Positions 50,770-62,105 of a DNA stretch of 64,000 nt are shown here, piece by piece. The stretch covers positions 1,024,001-1,088,000 of the forward strand of contig CP166615.1 of the NCBI GenBank assembly GCA_041937175.2, in the 5' to 3' direction. Numbering within the stretch: the stretch's first letter is position 1; each line of letters begins with the position of its first letter. Made by a program: the position numbers and the translations under genes. The notes beneath the pieces were generated by a model. That model saw nothing but the letters and a program-made list of their open reading frames with translations, did not search any database and had not been told where the DNA came from. The DNA is from Limnothrix sp. BL-A-16. Lineage in GTDB: Bacteria > Cyanobacteriota > Cyanobacteriia > CACIAM-69d.

Positions 50770-53010
50770 ATGGTTACTCAACTACCGTCCTACGCCATGC
50801 GGCGATCGCCCCATCGATCCCAAGCTGGGCCGTTGTTAGTTCATTCCCTCGGAACTTCAGCGGCACGTCTCAGAAATAGCCCCTCTTGGCCTGACGGTGC
50901 GATCGAGTCAACGAATCATTCAGCGAATCAACCGGCGGCCAATTCGGCTTCCCTGAATCAAGAGCTGGCTTGCAGTGCTGATTCAGAGTCAACGGCTCAT
51001 TGGCTAGATAGCAGTTCCGAGGCGGACTGTCGATCGCTGCTGACAATGCTCAATGGAGTAGGGGCCATTTTGACCGGCACGGGGCCCCTGGAACGGCGAC
51101 TGCAACGAACATTACGTTACTTAGCCCGTTGTCTGGATCTAAAGGAAGCGGAACTGTGGTCTTACGATCGGGTGCAACATCGGTTTAAGTTGTCGGCCCT
51201 GTTTGTGCGGGGACAGGGGCGAAACTTAGCGGTGCATTTTGATCGCTCCGTGTCGGAAGCGGAGGTGCGCAAGTTGGGGCGGCGGGGCAGTCGCTCCATG
51301 GGCAAGCTGGAACTGTCGCAACTTGCCCCCCAGGGGGCGGGGGCCGGTTCTGAGGCAGTGACATCTTCTGCCCAGACGTTTTACTGGGGGGCTTATCCCC
51401 TCCGCATGGAGCGGCATCCCCTGGGGATGTTGTTGCTGTGGCGCGATCGCCCCTGGTCGTTGGCCATGCAGGAGGCGGTGGAACAGGTGGCGCGGCTATT
51501 GGCGCTGGCGTTGGGCCATGACTTGGCGAAACAGGGCGATCGGCAAAAACCAGAGGTGCGGTTGCGCCCTTGGCTCGAAAAAATTCGCTCATCCCTGGAT
51601 TTGGATGCAGTTTTGGCGGCGGCGGTGCGGGAGTTGCGCCTGGTGTTGCGGATCGATCGCTGTGCTTATCTGTGGGCCTTGTGGGGTTCCGATGGAGCCA
51701 TGCAGCTCACCGTTAGCCACCAGGACAGCCGCCAACCGGCCTTGGATGGGGCCTTCACCCGGGCGATCGCCCAAGGCCTGCCCTCTCTGTTAATGCCAGT
51801 GCTCAATCAATCCGATCTGAGCACCACGTCTACCCTGCCCTGGACACAACTTACCCACCTGCTGCACCATCCCGATCCCCAGGTGGCGCATTGGGCCGAG
51901 TCCGCTGGAATCAACGCCCTGTTGATTGTGCCCGTGCAGACGGCTTCTGGCCATTCCGGGGCGATCGCCTGCACCACCATCAGCCAGCGTCGTCAATGGT
52001 CCAGCGACGATTGCGAGGCCCTGCGTTGGGCGGCCGATCGTCTGGCCGTCGCCATCAGCCAAGCGGAACTGTACGATCGCTCCCAGGCCGCTGTACGCGC
52101 CACCGAAACCCAATTTCACGAGTTAGAACGCACCCTTGAGGATTTGAAAAAAGCCCAAGCCCAACTGGTTCATTCCGAAAAAATGTCCAGCCTTGGCCAG
52201 TTGGCGGCCGGCATTGCCCACGAAATTAACAACCCCGTCAACTTCATCAGCGGCAACCTGGATTGGGCCAGCGATGCCCTCACGGAATTGATCGAACTGG
52301 TGCGCCTGTACCAACGCCACACCCATGACCATGATCCCGAAATCATGGCCCAGGCCGAGCAGATGGACTTGGAATTCGTGCTAGAAGATTTGCCAAAGGT
52401 CTTGCATTCCATGCGCCAAGGCACAGAGCGAATTCAAGGCATTGTGGCTTCCATGCGCAATTTCTCGCGGCTCGATCGCGCAGAAGTTTCCTCGGTGGAT
52501 TTGCATGAAGGCATCGACAGTACCTTGCTCATTTTGCATAGCCGCCTGGAGCGTAAAGGTCGGCAAAATCGAATTGAAGTGGTGCGCGATTATGGTGAGT
52601 TGCCCTTGGTGGAATGCCACAGCGGTCAGCTCAATCAAGTGTTTATGAACCTCTTAAGCAACGCGATCGATGCGCTCGAAGACCGGGAAACTGATCCGCG
52701 CATTGTCATTTGCACCCAATTAATGGCGGCAGATTCTGCGGTGGATGGGTTTGATCAACCCTCAAAACCGGGTGTTGAAATCACGATTCAAGACAACGGT
52801 AGCGGAATTCCCCCGGAGGTCACTTCTCGAATTTTTGACCCATTTTTCACCACCAAACCCGTGGGCAAAGGCACTGGGTTGGGCCTATCCATCAGTTACC
52901 AAATTGTGGTCGATCGGCATGGGGGCAAAATTGCCTGCGAATCTCAACCCAACAAGGGCACAACCTTCCGACTGTGGCTCCCCCTAGCAGTGACCGATCG
53001 TAACCACTAA
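50770..53010 (+). CDS. GAF-containing sensor histidine kinase
   Basis: IRSSLDL GAF, AHEINNP, DNGSG, FFTTK and GTGLGL. Confidence 0.92.
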   Translation: MVTQLPSYAMRRSPHRSQAGPLLVHSLGTSAARLRNSPSWPDGAIESTNHSANQPAANSASLNQELACSADSESTAHWLDSSSEADCRSLLTMLNGVGAILTGTGPLERRLQRTLRYLARCLDLKEAELWSYDRVQHRFKLSALFVRGQGRNLAVHFDRSVSEAEVRKLGRRGSRSMGKLELSQLAPQGAGAGSEAVTSSAQTFYWGAYPLRMERHPLGMLLLWRDRPWSLAMQEAVEQVARLLALALGHDLAKQGDRQKPEVRLRPWLEKIRSSLDLDAVLAAAVRELRLVLRIDRCAYLWALWGSDGAMQLTVSHQDSRQPALDGAFTRAIAQGLPSLLMPVLNQSDLSTTSTLPWTQLTHLLHHPDPQVAHWAESAGINALLIVPVQTASGHSGAIACTTISQRRQWSSDDCEALRWAADRLAVAISQAELYDRSQAAVRATETQFHELERTLEDLKKAQAQLVHSEKMSSLGQLAAGIAHEINNPVNFISGNLDWASDALTELIELVRLYQRHTHDHDPEIMAQAEQMDLEFVLEDLPKVLHSMRQGTERIQGIVASMRNFSRLDRAEVSSVDLHEGIDSTLLILHSRLERKGRQNRIEVVRDYGELPLVECHSGQLNQVFMNLLSNAIDALEDRETDPRIVICTQLMAADSAVDGFDQPSKPGVEITIQDNGSGIPPEVTSRIFDPFFTTKPVGKGTGLGLSISYQIVVDRHGGKIACESQPNKGTTFRLWLPLAVTDRNH

Positions 53011-53081
53011 ACTCAAGACAGCTCGTTGCATGAGTTACTCGTGAGGACAAGGGCTATTCCCTGTCTCTTTCTGCCAAGGTT

Positions 53082-54776
53082 ATGCCCCCAGAGGTTATTG
53101 CGCTGCTCCATGAACTGGTTCCCATCATCTACGATCGCTATGGCCTACGACTGCGGGCTAGCGATCTTGAAGGTCTGACTCAGTTTTTGCATCATCGTTG
53201 GCGATCGGGCAGCCCCCAAACCTGGGCTACCTATCGTCAACTGCTGTTGGATCGAAGTCCCCGCGGTCAACAGGCCTGGCAACCTTTAATTAATGTCATC
53301 ACCAATACGGAAAGCTATTTTTTCCGCGATCGGGGACAGTTTTCGCTCTTGCAACGGCAGATTTTGCCAGAGCTAATTCTGAGTCGGCAAGGAAGTCGGC
53401 GGCTTTGTTTGTGGAGTGCGGCCTGTGCTGGGGGCGAAGAACCCTATTCCTTGGCGATTGCTTTGCAGGGTATGTTGCCGGCCCATGAAAATTGGCAAGT
53501 TCGCATCTTTGCCACGGACATTAATGAAGAAGCGCTCGATCGGGCCCGATCGGGTCGCTTTCGATCGTGGTCATTTCGAGCCATTGATCCCACCACTTGG
53601 CAAACCTATTTCCGGCCCCTGGCGGATGGTTGGCAAATTGACCCAGCGATTCAACGGTTGGTGACCTTTCAAAACTTCAATTTGGTGAATGATGAGTTGC
53701 CTTTAACTGATGTTGGCAAGTTTGATTTAATTCTTTGTCGAAATGTATTTATTTACTTTGCTACGGAGTCCATTACGCAAACCGTTGATTTGTTTGCCAA
53801 GGCCCTTGCCCCTGGGGGATATTTACTGACGGGCCATGCGGAATTATGTCATCAACCGCTGCAATCCTTTGCAACTCAAATCTATCCAGAATCGGTGATT
53901 TATCGTCGGCGATCGGGACAAGCAGCCGCAACCCCTCTGCCTCCAATTAATGGCTTAACCCAACCTTACGCCGCTGCCAGCAATTTAGAAAATCCCTTGG
54001 GGAATCCCTTGGAAAACACGACGGGGCTGAAAAATGGGATGGAAACCCTTCACCCGGCTCCGCTGATCAATGCTGATGCCCAGGCGATCGCGATTGAAAC
54101 GGCGATCGCCAATCATCAGGAACGGCCCAATTATTCGCGATCGGATCATTTAAATGACTTAACTGATTCCAACCATTTAAATAATTCCCGATCGAGCAAT
54201 CCCCGACCCACCGACTCATTCCCCCATTCCCTTCAGCCATCGTCCCCCAAAGTGCCGGTGGTTAAGCCCCTTTCCACACCCTATGCCACGCCTAAAAATC
54301 AAACAGAACAGTTACACAATCGAATCAAGCAAAAATTATTGCAACTGCTGAAGCTCTATCCCAACAGCAGCGCCACACTCTATGCCCTTGCTTGTCTTCA
54401 CGCCAATTGGGGAGCCAGCCAGGAAGCCAATCAATATTGTCAACAAGCCTTGGAAATTGAGCCAGAGTCAACGGAAATTTGCTGTCTGTTGGCCCGAATT
54501 TGGGAAGAACAGAACCAGTTTGATCAAGCCAAGCAATTTCTGCGGCGGGCAGTGTATTTAGATCGCCATGCTTTGCCTCCCCGGCTGGAATTGGCCAGCT
54601 TATACGAGCGGATTGGGGATGCCACCGCAGCACGTCGTCTTTATGCTTCAGCGTTGGAACTGTTGCAGGATTTTGCCCCCCACTGGCCCGTGTTTGACCA
54701 TGACCATTTAACGGCGAGGGAATTGAGCGATCGCCTTAAGGAACATCTAGCTACAATCAGCCACGATCAGCATTGA
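53082..54776 (+). CDS. cheR: CheR methyltransferase with C-terminal TPR (WspC-like)
   Basis: TESYFFRD, WSAACAGGEEPYS, ATDIN and DLILCRNVFIYF; TPR with RRAVYLD. Confidence 0.92.
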   Translation: MPPEVIALLHELVPIIYDRYGLRLRASDLEGLTQFLHHRWRSGSPQTWATYRQLLLDRSPRGQQAWQPLINVITNTESYFFRDRGQFSLLQRQILPELILSRQGSRRLCLWSAACAGGEEPYSLAIALQGMLPAHENWQVRIFATDINEEALDRARSGRFRSWSFRAIDPTTWQTYFRPLADGWQIDPAIQRLVTFQNFNLVNDELPLTDVGKFDLILCRNVFIYFATESITQTVDLFAKALAPGGYLLTGHAELCHQPLQSFATQIYPESVIYRRRSGQAAATPLPPINGLTQPYAAASNLENPLGNPLENTTGLKNGMETLHPAPLINADAQAIAIETAIANHQERPNYSRSDHLNDLTDSNHLNNSRSSNPRPTDSFPHSLQPSSPKVPVVKPLSTPYATPKNQTEQLHNRIKQKLLQLLKLYPNSSATLYALACLHANWGASQEANQYCQQALEIEPESTEICCLLARIWEEQNQFDQAKQFLRRAVYLDRHALPPRLELASLYERIGDATAARRLYASALELLQDFAPHWPVFDHDHLTARELSDRLKEHLATISHDQH

Positions 54777-55135
54777 TTCAGTCCTAATCAGCGCTAATCA
54801 ATGCTGATCGTGTTGCTTGTCGTATTTTCTGGTTTGCATCAATTTTTGATTAACTGGCTATCCGGTGAATGTCAATTGGATATTAACCGATGATTAATGA
54901 TGCAAAGAAAATATAGATTTCACACAAAAACATAAAGAAAACGACAAAAATCCTAGAAGCCGGAAAAATCGAAAGTAAACTCAAGTTAGTTCGTTAGGGC
55001 AACGATCGAACAAAAAGCCATGGCAGAGTTCCCGTAACTCAGAAATTCAAGGTAAACAGCGAAAGGTAAAAGTGCAAAAAGTTTTTGTCCAATCTGTCTG
55101 ATCCCCACGGATAAGGGGTGGTAACAGATTTCTAA

Positions 55136-55409
55136 GAGGTTGTTTGAAAAGCCAAAATTGCTACTCTGTACGCTTCGGTAATCGACGTAGACAAGGGGCT
55201 TAGGGCCTGTCGTCGTTTAGCCTGAAACCCCAGACCTGTTGTTAGCGGATCGTGGGGGACAAGGGGCTTAAGCCCCTTGTTGCGACGATTAGGACATGGA
55301 AAATCAACCGTTTCAGCATCACCTTGAAAAATGACGACATCCCCTCAGCCCCTTGCCCTCACGATTATTGGTGCTTGGCCTGTGCTAAAAATACTTTTCA
55401 AACATCCTC
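55136..55409. mobile_element. MITE, family A, carrying a nested family B MITE
   Basis: TIRs GAGGTTGTTTGAAAAG / CTTTTCAAACATCCTC; TAA direct repeat at 55133-55135 and 55410-55412; both arms align with the 12528 copy. Confidence 0.88.
55203..55344. mobile_element. Nested MITE, family B (142 bp)
   Basis: TIRs GGGCCTGTCGTC / GACGACATCCCC; flanked by TA and TC; own palindrome at 55260-55279. Confidence 0.82.
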
Positions 55410-55603
55410 TAAAAGAGAAATATGGCAAAAAGCCGCATATTTTGCCCGGTAACTTTGAGCTTTCGAGACTTCAAACTCACCCTGGCATTGTGGCGAGTCT
55501 GAGGTTGATTTCTGGTGCGATCTCTTGGGGGCAATCGCTAGCGTGATGCTCGGGGCGATCGAGCGGGGCTAGCGGGTTCAGCAAAATGGGCGGTGAATGA
55601 TTT

Positions 55604-56668
55604 GTGGCGACTGAACAGAGCTATTTAATTGTGGATGTGATGCAGACCCTGTGCGGTTTAGAGGCTCAATGGGTGGAGGAAACTTTGCCCCTGGTGGAGC
55701 TGAAGCCGATCGCGGGGTTGGGAGCCGGTTACTTGGGAGCGATCGACCGGCGGGGAAAACTATTGCCGGTGGTGGACTTGGCGGATTGCCTGGGTTTGGC
55801 TCGATCGCCCTATGGCCTCTCCGATGCGATTGTGGTGTTGCGATCGCCCCAGGGGGTGAGCTTGGGGTTGATTGTCAATGAAGCGGTGGATCTGCAAGGG
55901 GTGATGCTGGATCCAGACCCCAGCCTGTTGGTGGCGGAACTGTCAGCCCAGGCCCGCGAGCTGGTGCGGGACGTGGTGCTTTTGGCCGGTCAACCGATCG
56001 CCCTGATTAATACAGAAAATCTGTTCACGGTGTTGCAGCGGCCCGAGTGGCATCAAACGCCCGCCGATTCCGCTGCCGATCGGTGGCGGGCCCTTTCAGC
56101 GATCGATCAGGCCCTGTTGCGGGCGCGGGCGGTGGAACTGGCGGAGGCCGAGCACACCGACAGCGATCAAGAGGGACAACCCTGGATTGTGGTGGAAATT
56201 GGTGGCGAGCGCTTTGGCATTGACGCGGCGGCCGTGCGGGAGCTGGCGGAGTTGCCGGTGATTGTGCCCTTGCCTTGTTGCCCGAGCCATGTGCTGGGGA
56301 ATGCGAATCTGCGGGGCGAAATTGTGACGGCCATTGACATCAGCCCCTGGTTGGGCCAAGAGCGCCGGCCCGCCGTCACCCGATCGCTGGTGGCGATCGT
56401 GCAGGTGGAGGACTTAACGGTGGGTTTGGTGATTGATCGGGCGATCGAGACCCAGTGGGTCAGCGCCCAGCGCTTGGCCCCCGTTCCCTTTAACACCAGC
56501 ACCGCCGAGCAACTGGCTCCCGCCAACGGCTCCCTAGATTCAACAGTCGCCAACCGAGACAGCGCCTACATTCGGGGCATCCATGTGCATGGGGGTCAAG
56601 CCACCAGTTGGCTGGATGTGGCCACCCTGTTGCGCGATCCGAGCTTGGTGGTTAACGAAAGTCTTTAG
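55604..56668 (+). CDS. cheW: Double-CheW adaptor protein
   Basis: Two CheW domains (LGAIDRRGKLLPVVDL; LGNANLRGEIVTAID). Confidence 0.92.
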   Translation: MATEQSYLIVDVMQTLCGLEAQWVEETLPLVELKPIAGLGAGYLGAIDRRGKLLPVVDLADCLGLARSPYGLSDAIVVLRSPQGVSLGLIVNEAVDLQGVMLDPDPSLLVAELSAQARELVRDVVLLAGQPIALINTENLFTVLQRPEWHQTPADSAADRWRALSAIDQALLRARAVELAEAEHTDSDQEGQPWIVVEIGGERFGIDAAAVRELAELPVIVPLPCCPSHVLGNANLRGEIVTAIDISPWLGQERRPAVTRSLVAIVQVEDLTVGLVIDRAIETQWVSAQRLAPVPFNTSTAEQLAPANGSLDSTVANRDSAYIRGIHVHGGQATSWLDVATLLRDPSLVVNESL

Positions 56669-56755
56669 GCAAGTCTTGAGGCCCACGGGGCGATCGGCCC
56701 CCAAGCTTCCGAATTTCCCCCAACTTTATTTCCCCCAACTTTGCAGGACAAAACC

Positions 56756-58222
56756 ATGAATTCCCCCCTCAAAAACGATAATCACTGGCGACTGCGGTAT
56801 CAAATCTCCTTGGGATATGCGATGCCGATCGCCCTGTCGATCATTGCCACCACCGTGGTTTTGAATAATGTGCAATCCGTGCGCGAGCAACAAACCACCT
56901 TTAATCGGGTGACACAAGTGGAGGAAAAAATCGGGCTTTTAGGGTTCAATGCCCAAACGATTTCTCGCGCCACCCGAGGATACTTGCTCGATCAAAATCC
57001 TGTTTCCATTACTTCTTTTGATCAGGCGCGTCGGAATGCTGACAAGGCAATGACTGATTTAGAAGCGATCGTTGTGGATGCTCGGCAGCGGGAAACCCTG
57101 GGCGAACTGAAACAGGATTTGGCGCAATTAGTTTCTATCAACGAAAAATTATTGACCATTGCTCGCCAAAATCCGGCCGGGGCGATCGCGGAATGGAAGC
57201 GGGATGGGGGTCGCCAAGCCATTCAAAGTGTGGAACGGTTGGTGGAAATTCTGCGCAGTCGGCAATCGGAATTGGTGGACAAAACCCTGAAGGATCAAAA
57301 CGATGCCCTGACGGCCCTGTCGAATATTTCCCTGTTGACCACGGGGCTGGCGGTGTTGGGATCCACGGTCTTGGGGATTTGGATCGTGGTGGCGGTGAGT
57401 CGGCAAATGTTTGAAGTCAGCAGCAGTCTGGCGGCTTCGTCCAGTGAAATTGCGGCCACGGTGGAACAGCAGGAACGCACTTCCAGCGCCCAAGCCGCTT
57501 CGGTGAATGAAACCACGGCCACGATGGATGAGCTGAGTGCTTCATCGCGGCAGTCGGCGGAACAGGCGGAGTCGGCGGCGGCGGCTTCCCAGCGGGTTTT
57601 GCATTTGGTGGAGGATGGCAACCGCACCGTGGGCCAAACCCTGGAGAGCATGACGGAAATGAGAATGCAAATGAATGCGATCGCCCAACAAATTTCCCAA
57701 CTGAGCAGCCAGGCGGCCCAAATTGGCAGCATTACGCAGTTGGTGACGGATGTGGCCAATCAAACCAATATGTTGGCCCTGAATGCGGCGGTGGAGGCGG
57801 TGCGGGCCGGGGAACATGGCAAGGGCTTTTCGGTGGTGGCGGCGGAAATTCGCAAGCTGGCCGATCGCAGCAAGGAATCGGCCCAAAAGATTGATGGGTT
57901 GGTGACGGAAATTCAAGGGGCGATCGACACCACGGTCATGGCCACGGAAGAGGGCAGCAAGCGCGTGGAAACTGGCTTAACGGCCAGCCAGCAAACGGCG
58001 GGGGCCTTTGACGAGGTGGCCCGGGCGATCGATATGGTGGTGGTGAGTAACCAACAAATTTCGCTGAATATTCGCCAGCAGGCGATCGCCGTTGACCAAG
58101 TGGTGCAGGCTATGAACGCCTTGAACCAAGGGGCCAAGCAAACCGCCGAAGGCATTGCCCAAACCCGCATCGGCACTCGGCGCTTGGAAGAGGCGGCCCG
58201 CGACCTGCAAGAGATGGTTTAG
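56756..58222 (+). CDS. Methyl-accepting chemotaxis protein with a CHASE3-like sensor
   Basis: Two TMs, TRGYLL, signalling tip [34 protein letters not shown]. Confidence 0.94.
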   Translation: MNSPLKNDNHWRLRYQISLGYAMPIALSIIATTVVLNNVQSVREQQTTFNRVTQVEEKIGLLGFNAQTISRATRGYLLDQNPVSITSFDQARRNADKAMTDLEAIVVDARQRETLGELKQDLAQLVSINEKLLTIARQNPAGAIAEWKRDGGRQAIQSVERLVEILRSRQSELVDKTLKDQNDALTALSNISLLTTGLAVLGSTVLGIWIVVAVSRQMFEVSSSLAASSSEIAATVEQQERTSSAQAASVNETTATMDELSASSRQSAEQAESAAAASQRVLHLVEDGNRTVGQTLESMTEMRMQMNAIAQQISQLSSQAAQIGSITQLVTDVANQTNMLALNAAVEAVRAGEHGKGFSVVAAEIRKLADRSKESAQKIDGLVTEIQGAIDTTVMATEEGSKRVETGLTASQQTAGAFDEVARAIDMVVVSNQQISLNIRQQAIAVDQVVQAMNALNQGAKQTAEGIAQTRIGTRRLEEAARDLQEMV

Positions 58223-58244
58223 GTTCCAGACCGGGTAATGGCTA

Positions 58245-60830
58245 ATGGCAATTATTGACGATCGGGATCTGCGGGAACTCTATCGCTTGTCCAGTGGCGA
58301 GCATCTGCAAACCCTGGAAACGGGACTGCTGCGGTTTGAACAAAATCCCAGCGATCGCGATGACTTTGCGGAACTGTTGCGGGCGGCCCACACCCTGAAG
58401 GGAGACTCGCGAATGTTGGGGGTGAACCATGTGGAAAAACTGGTTCATCAGGTGGAGCATGTGCTGAAACAGTTGCAAAGTCAGGAACTCAGCCTCACGC
58501 CGCTGCTGGCGGAAACGCTCTATAACACTCTGGATGCGGTCAAGCAGTTGGTGCAGGAGGCCACGGAGGAGCTGCCGAGCGAGCTACCTTCTGCGATCGA
58601 TCCGGTGCGGGTGTTGGCCCGGTTAATGCAGGCCAGCAGTGGGGTGGCCGAGTCGGAGTTGATGCCACTGGAACCCAGTCCACTCCCGATCGCCCAAACG
58701 GCCCCAGCGAGTTTTGAAGGAAACTCAGAACCGATTCCAGAGCTAATTCCAGAGCTAATTCCAGAGCCAATTCCAGATCCCCAATTAATTCCAGAGCTAA
58801 TTTCAGATCCCCAATTAATTCCAGAGCTAATTCCAGAGCCAATTTCAGACCCCCAATTAATCTCAGACTTAATTTCAGAACAGCCCAGCGAACGGGACGC
58901 AACCCCCTCGACAACACCGCCAGCGGTTTCTAATTCGGTTCCGGCGCTTAGGGCCGATCGCCCCACTTCTGCACCCTCAGAATCGCCCCCACCGGCTCGA
59001 TCGCCCGATCGCCCAACCAGTCCAGTTAATTCAATCCATTCAGTCAATCCCACCACGCCCGCCAGTGCCGAGCCATATCACATCGACACGATCCGCGTTG
59101 CCACCCGCCATTTAGATGGCCTGGTCGATCGGGTGGGTGAATTGGCGGCCATTGAGCGACGACTATCCCATCAGGCGGCCTTGCTCGATGGATTGGTGCG
59201 GCTGTGGGAAGAATTGCGATTGCTCGATCGGGGACAGCAGCGGATGAGTGATCCCACCCTAGCCACCGATCGTCGTCGTAGCGATCAGCAACGGCATCAA
59301 CTGCACGAAGACTTTCAACAGGCCCTCTATGGCTTGCGGGAGCGAGTGCAAAATGCCAACCATCGCCTAGAGGCGATCACCGATGACCTGAAAGATCGCA
59401 CCCGTTCCCTGCGGTTGTTGCCCTTGGCCACGGTGTTTCAACATTTTCCGCGCATGGTGCGTGACTTGGCCCAGCAGCAGGGCAAGGCCGTCACCCTGGT
59501 GGTGGAAGGGGGCGAAACCACCGCCGATAAACAGGTGATTGAGGCGCTGCGAGATCCCTTGTTGCACCTGGTACGCAACGCGATCGACCATGGCATTGAG
59601 TCGGCGGCTGAACGTCAGGCGGCCGGCAAACCCGCCTGTGCCACCTTGCGGTTGTGGGGTGCTCAACAGGGCGATCGGGTCTTGATTTCCCTCAGCGACG
59701 ACGGCCGCGGCTTAGATCGCCAGGCAATTATCGCCACCGCCGTTCGCCAACAGCTTTACAGTGCCGAAGAACTCGCCCATTGGCAGGATGAACAGATTTT
59801 TGAGCTAATTTTGTTGCCAGGATTTTCCACCCGACTGGAAGCCACCGAGCTATCGGGACGGGGCGTGGGCCTCGATGCGGTGCGGGTTTGTGCGGAACGG
59901 CTGAAGGGTCGGGTGATGGTGCAGTCCAAGCCGGGTCAGGGTTGCACCATCACCCTCACGGTGGGGACAACCCTGGCGGCCACCCAAGCCCTGTTGGTGA
60001 TGACGCGCGATCGCACCTTGGCCATTCCGTTGGAGTATGTCCATGAAACGCGCCTTGTGCCGGTCAATCAAATTACTGCCTTGGAAGGTCGCCCCGTGAT
60101 TTTGCTGGAAGGGGAGCCGGTTTCCGCCACCGACCTGGGGGATTTGCTGGAGTTGCCGGGATTGCCGCCGGGGCCCGCGCCCGATCGAGTGGATGTCATT
60201 CCCCATCCCTGCGTGGTGTTGGTGATGGGGCGCGATCGCCTGGCCGTGTTTGTCGATCGGCTAATTGATGTGCAAGAAATTATGCTCAAGCCCCAGAGCA
60301 AACTGCTGGTGCGTGTGCGGAATGTGTCTGGGGTGACGATTTTGGGCAATGGGGATGTGTGCCCCGTGTTGCACCCGCCGGACTTGTTTGCCACCTTGGG
60401 CGGCCGCACCAGCCGCAACAGCAGCCTGAGCACGGCCGATTCCCTGAGCATGGCCCGGCCGCCAGCGATTTTGCTAGTGGAGGATTCGATCGCCACCCGT
60501 ACCCAAGAAAAGCGGATTTTGGAAACCGCTGGCTACGACGTGGTGACCGCCACCGACGGGATGGATGCACTGCACAAGCTGCGATCGCGCACTTTCGATG
60601 CGATCGTTTCCGATATTCAAATGCCTCGTTTGGATGGGTTAGGGCTAACGGCGCGGATCCGTCAAATGCCCGAATACGACGACCTCCCGATCGTGCTCGT
60701 ATCGTCCCTGAATTCCGACGCAGACAAACGACGGGGCGCGGAAGCCGGAGCGAATGCCTACTTGACCAAGGATGCATTTAACCAAGCAGCGCTGCTGGGA
60801 ATTTTGCGCGAACTGGCTCGATCGCCCTAG
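58245..60830 (+). CDS. cheA: Hybrid CheA-receiver kinase (WspE-like)
   Basis: Hpt RAAHTLKG, HLVRNAIDHG, DDGRG, PGFST, SGRGVGLD, CheW domain, REC LLVEDS...SDIQMP. Confidence 0.95.
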   Translation: MAIIDDRDLRELYRLSSGEHLQTLETGLLRFEQNPSDRDDFAELLRAAHTLKGDSRMLGVNHVEKLVHQVEHVLKQLQSQELSLTPLLAETLYNTLDAVKQLVQEATEELPSELPSAIDPVRVLARLMQASSGVAESELMPLEPSPLPIAQTAPASFEGNSEPIPELIPELIPEPIPDPQLIPELISDPQLIPELIPEPISDPQLISDLISEQPSERDATPSTTPPAVSNSVPALRADRPTSAPSESPPPARSPDRPTSPVNSIHSVNPTTPASAEPYHIDTIRVATRHLDGLVDRVGELAAIERRLSHQAALLDGLVRLWEELRLLDRGQQRMSDPTLATDRRRSDQQRHQLHEDFQQALYGLRERVQNANHRLEAITDDLKDRTRSLRLLPLATVFQHFPRMVRDLAQQQGKAVTLVVEGGETTADKQVIEALRDPLLHLVRNAIDHGIESAAERQAAGKPACATLRLWGAQQGDRVLISLSDDGRGLDRQAIIATAVRQQLYSAEELAHWQDEQIFELILLPGFSTRLEATELSGRGVGLDAVRVCAERLKGRVMVQSKPGQGCTITLTVGTTLAATQALLVMTRDRTLAIPLEYVHETRLVPVNQITALEGRPVILLEGEPVSATDLGDLLELPGLPPGPAPDRVDVIPHPCVVLVMGRDRLAVFVDRLIDVQEIMLKPQSKLLVRVRNVSGVTILGNGDVCPVLHPPDLFATLGGRTSRNSSLSTADSLSMARPPAILLVEDSIATRTQEKRILETAGYDVVTATDGMDALHKLRSRTFDAIVSDIQMPRLDGLGLTARIRQMPEYDDLPIVLVSSLNSDADKRRGAEAGANAYLTKDAFNQAALLGILRELARSP
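58734..58880 (+). repeat. In-frame 12/18-bp mosaic repeat (IPEL, IPEP, ISDPQL) in the CheA linker
   Basis: attccagagcta and atttcagatccccaatta units. Confidence 0.85.
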
Positions 60831-61376
60831 TTACTAGTTATTAGTTATGCGCTATCTGCCCCAGCCTTCCCAAAAATCAGCCAACTGGGCGCGATCGGGG
60901 TCAGCAAACCCAGACCCGAAAACCCAAACCTAATCAACCCAGATCAGCAGATCCGGTGATTGGTGGCCATTAAACGGTTGGTCGATAAACAATCCCGAGG
61001 CATAAACGGCTAGACGTGATCGTTGAAAAATTTAATGGCGCTCTAGCTCGTGACCGGCAACGGTTGACCCATGCCAACCCAGAAACTTAACCGTTTCCTT
61101 AATTACCAAATCGATCCAACGATCGCGAGCTAGAACGTCCCCCCTAATCGATCAACAACTCCTCATAAACAAGTCATGAATGAATTGTGATGCCTGTTTG
61201 CCCTGAAACTCTCTCAACAAGATTTCTGGAGCAAACACACAATGAAATGAAGCCAAAAAGCTGAGAGCGAAAGCGATTCAGAATTTCCCAAAGACCTGAC
61301 GGATTCCTAGAGCCGTTAACCAATTCCCATCGAATGATCCATGCGATCGGGTGGATGCTGGCGGCGATCGGAAAGA

Positions 61377-61637
61377 TTAGTCCCCTTTGGGTTCCTTGCC
61401 AACTACTAAGCGATTGGCAACGGTTTCGGGTTGAATCGCAGACAGTACCACATGGCCCGAATCCGCAATAATCACAGCTCTGGTGCGGCGACCATAGGTG
61501 GCATCAATTAATTGGCCACGATCTTTTGCATCAGTAACCAGGCGACGAATCGGAGCCGAGTCAGGGCTGACAATGGCAATGATTCGGTTGGCCGCCACAA
61601 TATTACCGAAACCAACATTAATGAGTTGAATGTCCAT
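61377..61637 (-). CDS. DUF370 / RemA family protein
   Basis: [31 protein letters not shown] and LSAIQPET. Confidence 0.92.
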   Translation of the reverse strand: MDIQLINVGFGNIVAANRIIAIVSPDSAPIRRLVTDAKDRGQLIDATYGRRTRAVIIADSGHVVLSAIQPETVANRLVVGKEPKGD

Positions 61638-62105
61638 CGACAAATTCCTCAAAGAGAAAACCCGTGAAGGTTGATTGAGTGGTTGGTAGATAATGATTAG
61701 TCACTCCGAGACAGAATCGATCCCAGCCTAATTAGGCAGGTTATGACCTAGTTGATCGCCGTTGTTGAGCACAGCAGGGCCCTCTCAGGTAGCAACCGTA
61801 TGAGCGGTTATACCTACTGAGCGCTATCTCAATGAACCAACCCAGAATGAATGGGTCTAAATCTCCTATTAGAAGGATTAGCCCCAGTTAATCAGGGTAG
61901 GGGATGGATCGGGAATCGATCTCCCAAGGGGAAATTCAGTGTGCATCAGGACGATCTAGCGCGAATGAACCAGGATAGATCGTCATGATGGATCACGGCA
62001 TCGATCAGGCGGGACAGATTTGTGCGGACTGACTAACACACATGGAAAATTTAGCTCGAAAAATGAACATTCAGTCTATTTTCACAAAATTTCCCAGCAA
62101 GTTGA

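Noticed and set aside
55040..55130. Resemblance to a c-di-GMP-I riboswitch upstream of cheW (GGTAAAC..GAAAG..GCAAA plus a hairpin)
   Set aside because: The stem around GAAA does not pair and the second-stem consensus is missing; an Rfam scan would be needed.
61157..61172. ACTCCTCA resembling the Yfr1 sRNA motif
   Set aside because: The full ACTCCTCACAC motif and flanking stems are absent.
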